A stretch of DNA of 64,000 bases from Ginglymostoma cirratum (Eukaryota): assembly GCA_024137785.1 (NCBI GenBank), contig JAHRHZ010000088.1, positions 16,340,049 through 16,404,048 of the forward strand. Reading direction: 5' to 3'. The notes beneath the pieces are model-generated. The model was not told the DNA's origin. It made no database searches and saw only the letters and a program-made list of their open reading frames with translations. The position numbers and the translations under genes were made by a program. Shown in pieces: positions 13,375-26,780 of the stretch; position 1 is the stretch's first letter, and the number at the start of each line of letters is the position of its first letter.

Positions 13375-13820
13375 GTATTGCAAATAGCCTGCATTCTCAA
13401 GTGATTCCTGGAATGAAGGGTTTATCTTATTATGAAACATTGAGCAGGTTGAGTCTGTATCCATTGGAGTTTAGAAAAATGAAAGGTAATCTTACTAAAC
13501 ATATGAAGACCCTAAGGGAACTTGACAGAGTGAATTCTGAGAGAATGCTTTCCCTTTATGAATAGAACCAGAGGACATAGTTTAAATTTAGGGGGTCTCC
13601 TGTTTTGGTTCATCTGTTCATGGGTGTGGGTGTCACTAGCTAGATTAGCATCTATTGCCCATCTCTCATATCATCAAGAAGGTAGCAGTGAACTATCTTC
13701 CTGCACAGCATGGGTACGCCCACAGTGCTGTTTGATGGGAGGTCCAGGATTTTGACCAAGCCAGCAACGGTGAAGGGCTAGCAATATAAGTTCAAGTTAA
13801 GATGGTGTGTGGTTTGTATC
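13375..13820. mobile_element. CR1 3' fragment (+) followed by a second-family LINE tail (-)
   Basis: IPGMKGLSYYETLSRLSLYPLEFRKMKG; then gctagattagcatctattgccc tail. Confidence 0.65.
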
Positions 13821-14975
13821 GTGACTCAATTGGGAAGAGTTCGCCAATAGCCAAATCCCACTATTCCACAAGCCATCACAAACCTGTAACTACATGTTTA
13901 ACCTATTAAGATCCTGATGGATTGCCATTCAGGACAAAGTAATTCACAGCAGGTTTCATTGTTAACAAGATAGTAACTATTTATTGTAAACAAAACTTAT
14001 TTACCACTATATGCCTTAAGCTATACCACATCAAAATCCAAATCCTAATCATACATTCAAGAGAGACAGTGTGACATAAATTATTGGTAGCATAAATATA
14101 GACACAGGAAAGCAAATTCTGAAGTTTCAGAGTACAGGCCAAAAAGGTGGAGAGTTATTTCTCACAAGTCTTTTGATTACTTAAGTGACGGTGACACAAT
14201 GTTATCTTCAGAATGACTACCTTCAATTCAATAGCTAATCATGTGGACTTAGGTCTTGTGAAAGAATTGCTTCTTTCGAATCTCTAGACATTTTGTCTTT
14301 TTCACTCAGAGACAGAGTCAGTGAAAGATGTTTCTTGCTTGCAGGCTTTTGGCACTGCACTCACAGGTCTACAGGAAACTTTAGCTGGGTAATCTGAAGT
14401 ATTTTCCCTTAACTCAAGAATCCTGGTGTCACTTTATGAGACAAAGTACCCACCTGAACTGCTCTGGAAAGTAACAAAGGGCTGAATATTATGTTTTTTG
14501 GCTAAGTGCGACCTGTGTTGAGCTTTTTGGGGGGATTTTCAATACGAGACATAGCAAAATTTCTCACCATAACTCATCAAATACACCTCATTAACTACAC
14601 CCGCTCTAAGGTGTCTATCCCATCTGATTCCATCTCCATCTCACCACCTGCCATTCCCAGAGCAACTCACCACTCAGCAGATATCCGCAACAAGACTGAC
14701 ATTACTCATGCCCATGCCATCTTTAAAAGATCATTGAGTACCTGGTCAAAAGTTGGCAAACTGGCATTACTCCTTACTGAAAACACAATCGCTCATCACC
14801 CGCAAAGCTATATGGCTCATGGTATACAGCATTCCTTGCATATATAACCTCGTTCTCTCACCCTAGTCACTGTTTAACCACCAGGCCACACACTTTTATC
14901 TATATCTCATCTAAACACCTTCCACTGCTGCTCTGTCCCCAAAGACAACTGGACACATGCCTTTTGTCTTTTTTT

Positions 14976-15291
14976 TCATAGAATCCCTACAGTGTGGAAA
15001 CAGGCCCTTCGGCCCAACAAGTCCACACCTATTCTTGGAACATCCCACCCAGACCTATATAACCCACCTAATGTACATACCCCTGAACACTATGGGCAAT
15101 TTAGCATGGCCAATCCACATAACCTGCACGTCTTTGGACTATGGGAGGACACCGGAGCACCCGGAGGAAACCCACGCAGACACGGGGAGAATGTGCAAAC
15201 TCCACACAGATAGTTCCCCGAGGTTGGTATTGAACCCAGGTCGCTGGTGCTGTGAGGCAGCAGTGCTAGCCACTGTGCCACCGTGCTGCCC
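14976..15291 (-). mobile_element. HE1 (V-SINE) tRNA-derived SINE, full length
   Basis: A box TGGCACAGTGG, B box GGTTCAATACC, V-domain gtttgcacattctccccgtgtctgcgtgggtttcc, CR1-like tail ending gattctatga. Confidence 0.92.
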
Positions 15292-17211
15292 TAACACCGT
15301 GCTGTCCTTGTTCAGTCAGAGATCATCACATACAGGCAAGCAATTGGTCAATTCCAGGCATGAGCTTTTATTCACAGCCAGCAAAAGCGAACTCAAATAA
15401 AACCAAAAGAGACTGTAGTTTGCCCAAAATGCAAAAAAAAAATGGTATCATGACCAACATATCTACATTCCACTATTGCCTGCTGGAACTGGGTGTCAGT
15501 CAGATCATCTCTATAATTCTATGACCATATGACCAACATATTACATTAAGACGACTATGCCTGTTGCAAGACCCTTCACTGAATTCAGCAGAGTCCATCT
15601 TTATACTTACATGACATATGATGAAGCAATGTTTCCTTTCTTGAAAAACACCTTTGCAAGTTGCACAAGTGATGAATGATTTTGGCCGCCATTCACCTCT
15701 TTTTAAGTCATTGGCATCTTAACAATACAGATGTTAGCAGCAATGATACATTTGAAAGCATCAACAACATACTGCAATTTGACTTTGACCAGTATTTGAA
15801 GCCTCAGAATTTTCACTTTGCATGTTTTGCAAATGGACAAAGAGATGATTGTAAATTAAATGTAGCTAGAGTTTGCAAACACATGCTTCATGTATTTACC
15901 CCTTCAATGTCCTGGCATCACCACTTTTGCCCATCAAACTGACACTGACTCCGCCCACCCTGGGTATTGTCCCAGTCATTTTCCAGTTGCAATTAGTATT
16001 GAGAAAACACTGTTATGGCAGGGTATGCAGCTCATGGTGGACACCATGAGCACTGGGCCCTGCCTTATCACCTGGTAATGCCCCCAGAGTTTCCATGTCA
16101 ACTTTTACCTCACACTGCCCTGACAACCCACTTCCAACCAGTTCCCACAATGACGAGACCCACCACATTGAACCTCAACCCCAACTACCCTCCCTGACCC
16201 CAGCAAAACCCTGACATTGCACCTTAAATGATGCCTACCTTGACCCTCTAAGCTTTCTCTGGAGGCCCACGTGGTAGTTACTGTCACTAATCCTCCTGTA
16301 ACCCCCTCCAAACTATAGCCAACAATGCTCTTCAATCTGTACCACCTACCACCAAAAACCTTGAGTTTCCCCCTTCACCGTCCCTGTCCTCACTTCTAAA
16401 CACGACTGCTCTCCCTTCTCCCACTAGTTTCATTCTCCCTCCATCTCTTTTGGCAGTGATCCCCCACTGTGCCTACAGGCCCCCCATTGCACTGCCCTCA
16501 ATGATCAGCTGATGGACTCATGAGACTGTATTTGCTACAGACTCTAACCAACAACTGATGATACACAACTCTGCTGAGTTCTTGTGATGGCACAATAGGA
16601 CTGATCATTGCCCACTCTGCAAACTGTAGCTAGACCTATGCCCAGGTTGTGACCAGCCCGAGTGAACAACTGACTGTTGCCATGCTCCTGGACTGTGTGT
16701 GAACTGAGCCGTGACCTTTCTTTAAAATCTATTCATGGGATGTGAACACTGCTGGCTAGGCCCACATTTATTGCCCACCTCTAAGTCACTCATTGGTCAG
16801 TTAAGAGTCAACCAAATTGCTAAGGGTTTGGCACGTAGGCCGGATCAAATAAGGACTTATGCTACCAGGACCCTGTGACCAACGGCAACACCATATCAAC
16901 CTGACAGGTTACTACCACCCCCACATACTTTCCAACACATCCATTTGGTTGAATGAAAATACAGTGTGTTTGTTGTGCAGGCAGCTGGCATATGCTGTAG
17001 TATTATATAGAGGTCCTCGTGCGCTGTGCAGCAAGACATCTCCACTGCCAGATAGAGATGAACAAACAAATAAACAAACAGTCTGTTAGTGTGTGTCTAT
17101 GCAAAAAAGCACATCAATATGACACTTCTGATAACTTTTAAGCTCTGGCTAAGGCACCAGCATGTCAACAGGCAAGACAAAGCAAGGATGTTGCAAGTAT
17201 GCAGGTAGGGA

Positions 17212-17560
17212 GAGGCAACGGCCTAGTGGTATTATCGTTGGACTGTTAATCCAGAGACCCAGAAAATGTTCTGGGGACCCAGGTTCGAATCCCACCATGG
17301 CGGCTGGTGGAATTTGAATTCAATAAATATCTGGAATCCAGAGTCTGACGATGATCGTGAATCTATTGTCGACTGTCGGAAAAACCCATCTGGTTCACTA
17401 ATATCCTTTAGGGAAGGAAACTGCCATCCTTACCTGGTCTGACCTACATATGACTCCAGACCCACAACAACGTGGTTGACTCCTAACTGCCCTCTAGGCA
17501 ATTAGGGATGGGCAATAAATGTGGTCTCACCAGCAATGCCCTCATCCTGTGAATGAAAAA
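17212..17560 (+). mobile_element. tRNA-derived SINE sharing its 3' tail with the second LINE family
   Basis: A box GGCCTAGTGG, B box GGTTCGAATCC; tail ggcaattagggatgggcaataaat matches the LINE ends at 11480-11550 and 45090-45160. Confidence 0.85.
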
Positions 17561-18259
17561 GAGGAGCTAAGTGAGCAGCTCTGGATTGGTCCTGGTTCAA
17601 TCTGGGTGCCTGTTCCTGTGCACTATGTCCTCGCAGCAGCATTTCAATGCTGATTGCTGGCACGTCCTGCAATGCAGATCTGTGCTTCCTAAGTGGATCG
17701 GAGAGGTGCCATGAGGATTTTGAGGGGCTAGCAAATGTCAGATGCCAACATGTTAGTCCACGGATCGTGCACCAAGATCCTGTTTGATGCTGAGCAACAT
17801 GGAGCCCACTCATAGCCAGCAGCAAGGTAAAGTCACCAGGTCCCCACTTCCTTGTCAAGAATTTTCAGTGTTTAGCTTACTCATCTTTTTGGCAAGATAA
17901 GGAGCTGAATATTAATGAGGTGAGTTGTGGTATTTAATAAGTCATGATTTCTCTTCATTGGGATCTCATCACTACCTAGTGAAATACCTGCCTTGCCACT
18001 CAGCAAATGCATAAAAGATGCAGTAAATTGCTTCCAACATTGAGAAAGGCCATGCCACGCTCCTTGCACAATTTTGCCACAAACCTCACCACAGTTTGTG
18101 GTTCTGACACATACAAGATTCCACCCATAGTCTTACATAGCAAAAGTGTATACCACGTAATCTAACTTAATCTTAAGTAACAGAAAAAAAAACTCCCATG
18201 GAACTTTTTTTAGTTATGTACCAACGTCCAACTTCCATTTTTCAATTATAGCCCAAGAA

Positions 18260-18515
18260 ACTCCCTGGCAACAGGGAGAAGGAGAAATGCTGCTCACAGA
18301 GGGGTTTGCGGAGTTCTGTTCCATAGAGTGCAGTGGATGCACAGTAATCAAAATGTTTACTGCTGAGTCAAATAAATTCTTGATTTGACAATTGGTGTCA
18401 AAGGGTGACGGGGTAGTTAGGCAAATACAGTTGAGAACACAAGTAGATCAGGCATGATCTTATCAAATGGTGGTGCACACATCAAGGTCCAATGGTGTAC
18501 TTCTTACTAATTTGT
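18260..18515 (+). mobile_element. Decayed CR1 3' end
   Basis: gtagatcaggcatgatcttatcaaatggtgg...aaggtccaatggtgtacttc tail. Confidence 0.55.
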
Positions 18516-18532
18516 ACATTCTCATGAAGACA

Positions 18533-18665
18533 ATTCAGATGAGGATTCACCAGATTCAAAACATTAACTCCGCTTTCTCCCCACTGATGTTGCCACACCT
18601 GCTGAGTTCTGCCACTAATTTCTGTATGTTTCAGATCACCAGCATCTGCAGTTCTTCATTTTATC
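18533..18665 (+). mobile_element. Short PLE pLTR insertion with TSD
   Basis: CTCATGAAGACA repeated at 18521-18532 and 18666-18677; body gatgttgccacacctgctgagttc matches other pLTRs. Confidence 0.7.
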
Positions 18666-19094
18666 CTCATGAAGACACCTGCCCTTCTTCAAGGACTATA
18701 AGACCTAAACTTATGGTGTGTTATAACGTGGTACCAAAGCAGTAGTTATAATCTCGGGAATAATGGTTTCAGAGCTATAGCAGTATCACCGTTAATTTCT
18801 GTCAGAGAACTGTAAGTGCAAATTACTGTCCAGTGCAAAGGATACCAAATATATCCTCTCATTTCAATGTCCGAGTTCATTACATAGCCAAAAGCTGATA
18901 TAGCCAACGCAAAGTGGTTGTCCACTCCTTCATATTATCCTAAACCATTTCAACCCACCATCTACATCAATTAATTCTTCCACATGAGAATACAAAATAA
19001 ACATTTTGTAAGAAAATTGCAAGAGGCTTTCATTGGAGTTGGCTCTGTTGGCCCCAGCAATACCACAGATCACATGCCAAATGCTTTTTTTTTT

Positions 19095-19440
19095 AAAAAT
19101 TCATTCACGGAATGAGGGCATTGCTGGCTAGGCAGCATTTATTGTCCATCGCTAATTGCCCACAGAGCAGTTCAAAGTCAACCACATTGCTATGGGTCTG
19201 GAGTCACATGTAGGCCAGAACTTATAAGGATGGCAGCTTCCTTCCCTAAACGACACTAGTGAACCAGATGGGTTTTCTTGACAATCGACAATGGATTCAT
19301 AGTCACCATTAGATTCTTAATTCCAGATATTTATTGAATCCTAATTCCATCATCTGCAGTGGCCAGATTCAAAATTTAGTTCCCAGACACCCAGGTTCTG
19401 GATTAACAGTTCAGTGATAATACCACTAAGCGTTGCCTCC
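19095..19440 (-). mobile_element. tRNA-derived SINE (same family as 17212-17560)
   Basis: Reverse complement aligns with 17212-17560 throughout. Confidence 0.85.
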
Positions 19441-19596
19441 CTTGTACCATGTCATGACCTGTGATGAAAGGTCTTCCAGCTGCAGGGCTAAATTAGACAT
19501 AGAATCCAGCCATTTTCCTATGTTGTTATCAATGTAGGATATCCAGTGGAATTGCCAAACCTCAAACTAAGTCTGACCTTGACCCAGTTCCAGTTA

Positions 19597-21415
19597 TAGA
19601 CTCAGAGCCGTACAGCATGGAAACAGACCTTTCGGTCCAACTTCTCCATGCCGCCTAGATATCCTAAATTAATCTAGTCCCACTTGCCAGCATTTGGGCT
19701 ATGTCCCGTTAAACCCATCCTATGCTAACACCCAACCAGATGCCTTTTAAGTGTTGCAACTGTACCAGCCTCCACCACTTCTTCTGGCAACTCCATACAC
19801 CTCCTACCCTCTTCGTGAAAAAGCTGCCCCTTAGGCCCCTCTTAAATCTTTCCCCCTCACCTTAAACCTATGCCCTCTAGTTTTGGATTCCCCCAGCCTG
19901 GGGAAAAGAGCTTGGCTATTCACCCTACCTATGCCCCTCATGATTTTATAAACTTCAATAAGGTCACCCCTCAACCTCTGACACAGCCTCTGGGAAAATA
20001 GCGCCAGCATATTCAGCCTATTTTTATAGCTTAAACCCACCAACCCTGGCAACTTGCTCATAAATCTTTGCTGAACCCTTTCAAGTTTCACAAAATCCTT
20101 CCCATAGCAGGGAGACCAGAACTGCACGCAGTATTCCAAAAGTGGCCTAACCAATGTCCTGTACAGCTGCAACATGACCTCCCAACTTCTATATTCAATG
20201 CACTGGCCAATAAAGGCAAGCATACCAAACCCCTTCTTCACTATCCTGTCTACCTACAACTCCACTTTCAAGGAACTATGAACCAAGGTCACTCCAAGGT
20301 CTCTTTGTTCCATAACACTTCCCAGGACCTTACCATTAAGTACATAAGTCCCAGCCTGATTTGCCTTTCCAAAATGCAACACCTCATATTTATCTAAATT
20401 AGACTGCATCTGCCACTCCTTGGGCCACTGGCCCATCTGATCAAAGTTTCATTGTACTCTGAGATAACCTTCTTCGCTGTCCACTACAGCTCCACTTTTG
20501 ATGTCATCTGCAATCTTACTAACTATAATTCCTATATTCACATCCAAATCATTGATGTAAATGACAGAAAGCAGTGGACCCAGCACTGATCCTTGTGGCA
20601 CACTGCTGGTCACAGGCCTCCACTCTGAAAAGCAACCCTCCACCACCACCCTGTGTCTTCTACCTTTGAGCCAGTCTACATCCAAATGGCTACTTCTCCC
20701 TCTATTCCGTGTGATCTAACCTTGCTAACCAGTCTACTATGAAGAATCTTGTCAAACACCTTACTGAAGTCTACATAGATCACGTCCACTGCTCTGTACG
20801 CTCATCAATTTTCTTTGTCACTCCTTCAAAAAATTCAACCAATTTAGTGAGACACAATTTCCCTCGCACAAAGCGATGCTGACTATTCCCTAATCAGTCC
20901 TTGCCTTTCCAAATACATATAAATCCTGTCCCTCAGGATTCCCTCCAACAAGTTGCTCACCATGATGTCAGGCTCACTGGTCTACAGTTCCCTGGCTTTT
21001 CCTTACCACCTTTCTTAAATAGTGGCACCACATTAGCCAACCTCCAGTCTTCCAGCTCCTCACCTGTGGCTATCGATGATACAAATATCTCAACAAGGGG
21101 CCCAGCAATCACCTCCCTAGCTTCCCACAGAGTTCTAGGGTACAGCTGATCAGGTCCCAGGGATTTTTCCACCTTTAAGCATTTTATGAACGTCTACCAC
21201 CACCTCCTCTATAATATGGACATTTTTCAAGATGTCGCTATTTACTTCCCCACATTCCCAATCTTCCACATCCTTCTCTACAGTAAACACTGGTGTAAAA
21301 TACTCATTTAGTGTCTGCCCATCTCCTGTGCTTCCACACATAAACGGCCTTGCTGATCTTTGAGCGGCCGTATTCTCTCCCTGGTTACTCTTTTGTCCTT
21401 AATATATTTGTAGAA
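19597..21415 (-). mobile_element. CR1 (HER1-like) LINE 3' ~1.8 kb
   Basis: [66 protein letters not shown]. Confidence 0.95.
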
Positions 21416-21419
21416 CCTG

Positions 21420-21980
21420 CCACTTCAACATACCACTCTGTTCCCTGGCCAACACTCTGTCTCAGGCTTGCTACAGTGCTCCAGTGAAGCTCAGCACAAG
21501 CTGGAAGAACAGCACTTCATTTTCCACTTAGGAACTCAGCAGCCCTCTGGATTTAATATCGAGTTCAACAATTTTAGGGTCTGAGGCACTTTCTCCCATG
21601 TCCTTACCCCAATTGCCACATACCAGGCCTTGTCATCACATGGGCTGCTATCACACACAACCCATTTTTAGCTACTAATAGTCCCCATTAGCATCTAGTT
21701 ATTCTCCCAAACTGAGTTTACCCACACCTTTGTCTGTCTGTATTTCTCTCTCTTTAGGTTCTATATCCAATAATCGTTTACACTCACCTGTCCCCCTCTC
21801 CCCATCAGCTGCATAAATACTAACCTTTTCCTAGCTACCTTCAGTTCTGAACAAAGAGTCACTGGAGCCAAAATGTTACATCTGACTTCTGTTCATAGAT
21901 GCTGCCTGACCTGCTCAGTTTTTCTTACAATTTCTGGGTTTTTTTTATTTCGAGCAACTGCAGTTCTTTGTTTTTTTTCC
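21420..21980 (+). mobile_element. Neptune-type PLE 3' end (GIY-YIG C-terminus and pLTR)
   Basis: LLQCSSEAQHKLEEQHFIFHLGT.QPSGFNIEFNNFR, inverse of 7380-7800; decayed hammerhead at ~21845-21878. Confidence 0.85.
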
Positions 21981-24900
21981 CCTCAAACGGAGTCTGTTGC
22001 TGCACGGGAAGGAAATGAGATGGTAATGCAGCACCTGACATGGACTTCACCTAGATGTAAAAAGTGCAATAGCGCCTTTGGTGATCTGCGACAGAAATGT
22101 AAACTGCATTGAAAGTTTGCTGTCTTTCCACTGGGAACAGTACACCAAGGGCCCATCTGTATACTCATACACAATAAACCATCTATCTGCCTCTCGGATT
22201 CATTTTGACTGCTGGATGACCAAAATCAGCCACACACTCAAACAGCAAAGTTGTTGCCATCAGCTTAAGGACCTGCTTCAGATAAATACGGTAGTCCAGT
22301 TGAAGAAAATCAGACTAGTGGCTGTGTGTCTGGATCACTAGATTGAGTCCTCAAAAGACAGGCAACAACCAGGGAGGTCGGCAAGATGCTGTGATTACAA
22401 AGACTGAAGGTCCCAGGGTAGCAATGATCTTGATTAATGTTTTGAGAAACCTGGGGAATACTCCAAGGCCCACAAAAATAACTAAACCACTTGTCTTTAA
22501 CAGGCTCACTTATGTACAGTGGATCAGTGATCATTGAAGTTCAATTTAAATGACAGAATCCCAGTTTTCAACATTAAAAGAGGATAATCACGAAAACCAC
22601 TTTGAACACTCCACAGTGGACTCCTTTCAAAACACATCTGGCCACACTACCAGTGTTAATGGGGTGGTAAGGCTACCAAGCTCATGTTGATGCAGTACTT
22701 GAAAGTGAGCCTTCTGCATCTATTTACTTTAAAAATAACACGTAAGGAAGGAAGAAATTGTTTCATGATTAAAAGGTCCCTTTGACTGATATGCTGCATT
22801 TTGCAACTTGTTCCTTGCCCACTTTTTTCCTTCTTCCCTACTTACAAAAATGTCCGACCTTTGCATGCTGCAGAGTTGTGTACAATAGAAGCTCAACATT
22901 TAAAATTATTCCCCATCAGCATGAACTTTAAAGTATAGAGACAAAGAAGTTTTGATACTCAGATTCAAGATTCATTTCTCATTGAAACAGCAACGCTAGG
23001 TTCAGTTCTTTTCATGCATTAAGGCTTACAACAATTCAAACAAGCTGAACCAACCAGTAATAAAATCCATAAACCTAAAGGAACTCAGGAGTGATTGTTC
23101 CAAAACCCTTGTGATATGGCATTTTCTTCATCTTATTTTCTTTTTTAATTCCTTTTGTTCATTTTTCTTCCATGTTTTACTGTGGGTATGTTCCTCGCCA
23201 ATTAAAAATGGCTTCAATCCTGATGCTTCCTTACAGTTTTGTACTCCTGAAATTCTGCACCTTGTATTTGTTTCTAGCTCCCCCTCTTCTAGAATTGTGG
23301 CTTCCAACTGATTTCTCCCTGTGTCACTACGTGATACCTTGCCACTCCCATTGGGCTTGCCTCTTCCTAGGATTTTGCCCTTAGTTTAGCTAAGCTGCCA
23401 GCCAGTCAGTCAGTTTTTGGTCCTATAGGAATTTGTACAACCATCTGTAACATTGAATGCAGAAAAGTTCTAGCACAAACAAAAACTAATTTAAGACAGA
23501 CCAAATCACGGTGCAAGAGCTCAACTTTGACTGAATGTTAATATTGCAGAAGTGATGGGAAAACTAGTGCATTAACAGTCGTACAGAGATACTGGGAATG
23601 TGAAAGTCAAGGTCACTGAATTCAGAATCAAGAATATAAGGAGGTGACAAACAGTGTCCTTCGAGAGCAACAAAATGGAAAAACAACAGTTTTTAGAAGC
23701 AGGTAATCTTTTTTATGTATTAAAGACCTGTGCTTTGAGGTGAATGGCCCATAATCAAAAGTAAGGCGGTGCATAAATAGACATTGATTCCAAACATTAC
23801 ACTGAAAATATTATAATGATGTGACATGGACCAAACAATAATCAAGTTTGATCCAGAAAACAACCGACCAGTAAAATCATGAACCTATCATTTTATTTAA
23901 TCATGGCCTTCAAATTAAGTTGTGCAACACGTTTAATATTTTACTGTGAAAGTGATCTACTTGTGACTGTAACAGAGGCATAATCTATCTATTTAAAATG
24001 GCTTAAAGTAGGAGAAAGATAAAATTTTGACTCTTACCCCCTGGTAGAATGGTAGGACATACAACAGATCAGAAACCCAATTTCCAGTAGGGCAGCCTTT
24101 CCTGTGGTTCTTTACCTGAACCAAAGCATTAGCATCTTACTTCTTGGTTTCCTGACCAACCAGGAAGATAGATGGGATGACATTTCTAGTTAAAAGGAAC
24201 CCCACAGACCTAAGCACAGGAATGCAGGGAAAACATGGAAACACTATTCCCTCGTTCCTTCATTCTTAGCAGCTGCAGGAACGAAGAAACAAGTGATGCG
24301 ACCTTTCAGGCAGCCTCGTCAACTAGCAGGTGTGCACAAAATTGCTGAGAATGTCAACAGCAGCTCTGTGGTCCCTTCAACTTGAAGGCAGTCCACCATG
24401 GTGATCTAAAACCTCTGTATGGCAAGGCAGGCAAATGACATAACAATTTCAGAACCCAGCCCCAAAGTCTGGCATTCGGAATATTCTCCTGCACAACACA
24501 CTGGAAACAATACACCGCGCAGCTGTACTCCGTCTTCTCTGTATAGGTAGTTCCTCACATCCCATTCTACATAGTTGACAGTCACTCCCATTCCACGGCC
24601 TTCTTGTGGCCATATCTCTCAGTCTTTCCACACAAATGCTGCACCTATGTCCTCTCACACAAGCCATTTCAGATGTTCATAACTCTCTGCTTTCTCCCTT
24701 TGAAACTGAAGAAAGGATGGAATTTCAAAGAGTGGCAGCATCCCATGGGGTTTGGGGTTGGAATTGGGGTCATTGGGTGATCCTCCAATGGCTGATAAAT
24801 TGTCAGACACCTGGAGGCATCCTTCCAGCAGGGTGCATATGTCTGAAATATACAGTAATGAAAGCCCAGATTTGCTGCAGTACTGACGCTAACAGATGCG

Positions 24901-25259
24901 GACAGTGCAGATCCTCTGCCTGAAGACCCTGTGTTAGGGATCCTATTTCCTCAGAACTGAACCTGCGGTCATCATTATTGTGCTCTATTTCCCCATCAGT
25001 ATGTCAGACTAAATTTTGAGAAATGTTGTCAGAATATCATCATTGTATCAAAGCATGTGACCTGAGAGTATGAAAGTCTAAGACTCAATCTTATCCAGGG
25101 AACACTTGAAACATGACACACTACTAGAAGCACGATCCACAGATGAAACTTAAAAGCTTAATGTCATCCCAGGCACATGTGTCTGTGTGTGTAATGCTCA
25201 TGTAGAAAAGTTGTAAGGAATGCCCATTTGTACTCTACAATACAATGCTGAATTTCTTA

Positions 25260-25397
25260 TAAAAACTGAAAGAACTGCGGATGCTGTAAATCAGGAAGAA
25301 AAACAGAAGTTGCTGGAAAAGCTCAGCAGGTCTGCTAGCATTTGTGAAGAAAATAAAATCATAGTTAATGTTTTGGATCCGTAACCCTTCCTCCGAA
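25260..25397 (-). mobile_element. Short PLE pLTR copy
   Basis: Reverse complement of the 10008-10139 family. Confidence 0.75.
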
Positions 25398-26389
25398 TGT
25401 TTCTTGTGTCTTAATACAGGGAACATAGGTAAAATTCACAGCTGGAAGCAAAACCCACATCATGGCTAACAGTGGGGGTGGATAGCTCTTGAACAAACGA
25501 TTCTGAGATCTCAACAGTAAATATTTGGAAACTGAACTGTACAATAATTCTGGATGTCAAGAGAATCTGGGCAATTGGCAGCATCAGTTTCTGAGAACTG
25601 ACTGTAGAGAGAGGACTGACCAGCAAGAAGACAAAACTCATTTCTTTTTAATTAAAATACAAGTTCTTCCAACATACTAGAAACTTCGAAGAGTCCCGTT
25701 GCTTAATAATGAAAGGAATGAAGTTACAAATACATGTGAAATGAAAGGCTACAGTCCAGTACTGTAGCAGGGAGGACTCTATCCCCCCACTCTCTCTTTA
25801 AAAATCCAAGAGGCTACTACTACAATTTGGAAAAATAAAGGCAGTTAAATGGTCCTGACAGCACATTTTATAGACTCAGACATTTACAGCACAAAAGACA
25901 GCCATTTGGCCCATTGTGTCTACACAGCCATAGATCTGACTACACTAATCCCATTTTCCAGCTCTAGGTCCAGAGCACTGGGATTAAGAATACAGGCTGA
26001 GAAGGCTCCCACTTTCTCCCTGCGAGAAAAATGTGCAGGTGACAAACTGACTGGGAAGATGTATCAAACAACTCAAAACTCTAAAAAAAAATGCAACATT
26101 CAGTACAGCTGACTACATCCACAAACTAATTAACCCATAGTAGTCTCAAGTTAAAACATTATGCCTCAAGTACCTGTGCAGGACTCCAAACTGTACATAT
26201 TCTTTACTCTCTTGTACTAGACACTGTCCTCTTTCAACTTCATACTCATTATGATTGGCTTATTTCTTACAGTAAAACTAATTAACTAAATTTAATTGGA
26301 GAGGAGTATGGACTTGCGCTAAAAGGAATTTAAGTCTTTGTTGTAACCAACTGATTGTAACAAATTTTGTATCACTTTTCACACAACAA

Positions 26390-26780
26390 AACATACCAAA
26401 GGCACTTCACAGTTGACACCAAGCCACATCAGGAGATATTAGGGCAATGATAAAATACATGATCAAAGGGATAGGTTTTAAGGAGCATCTGATCTGGAAA
26501 ACCAGGACACGAGTAGAGAGATTTAGGAATTCCAGAGTTTAAAGCCCTGGCAGCCAAAGACATGTCCATCAATACAGTGTTTCAAAACTGGGGTTGCATA
26601 AGGGGCCAGAATTAGAAATAAACAGAGATTTGAGGGTCCTCAATCAGGAAGGAGAGGGAGTATTTTATAACAAAGATGAGAATTAGGGCAACAAATTGAG
26701 TAATTGCCTAACTTGGAGGCAACACAGGTGAACAAACACAGAGGTAATGGATAAATAGGACTTGGGTGCAAATGGGCAGC
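26390..26780 (-). mobile_element. Old L2-like LINE 3' remnant
   Basis: Aligns with 58620-59000 (gatattagg...tgatcaaag..ataggt...ggag). Confidence 0.5.

Noticed and set aside
17212-17300. tRNA gene (also the heads at 15200-15290, 46431, 50611, 57454)
   Set aside because: The A/B boxes belong to SINE heads that continue into SINE bodies; no complete cloverleaf
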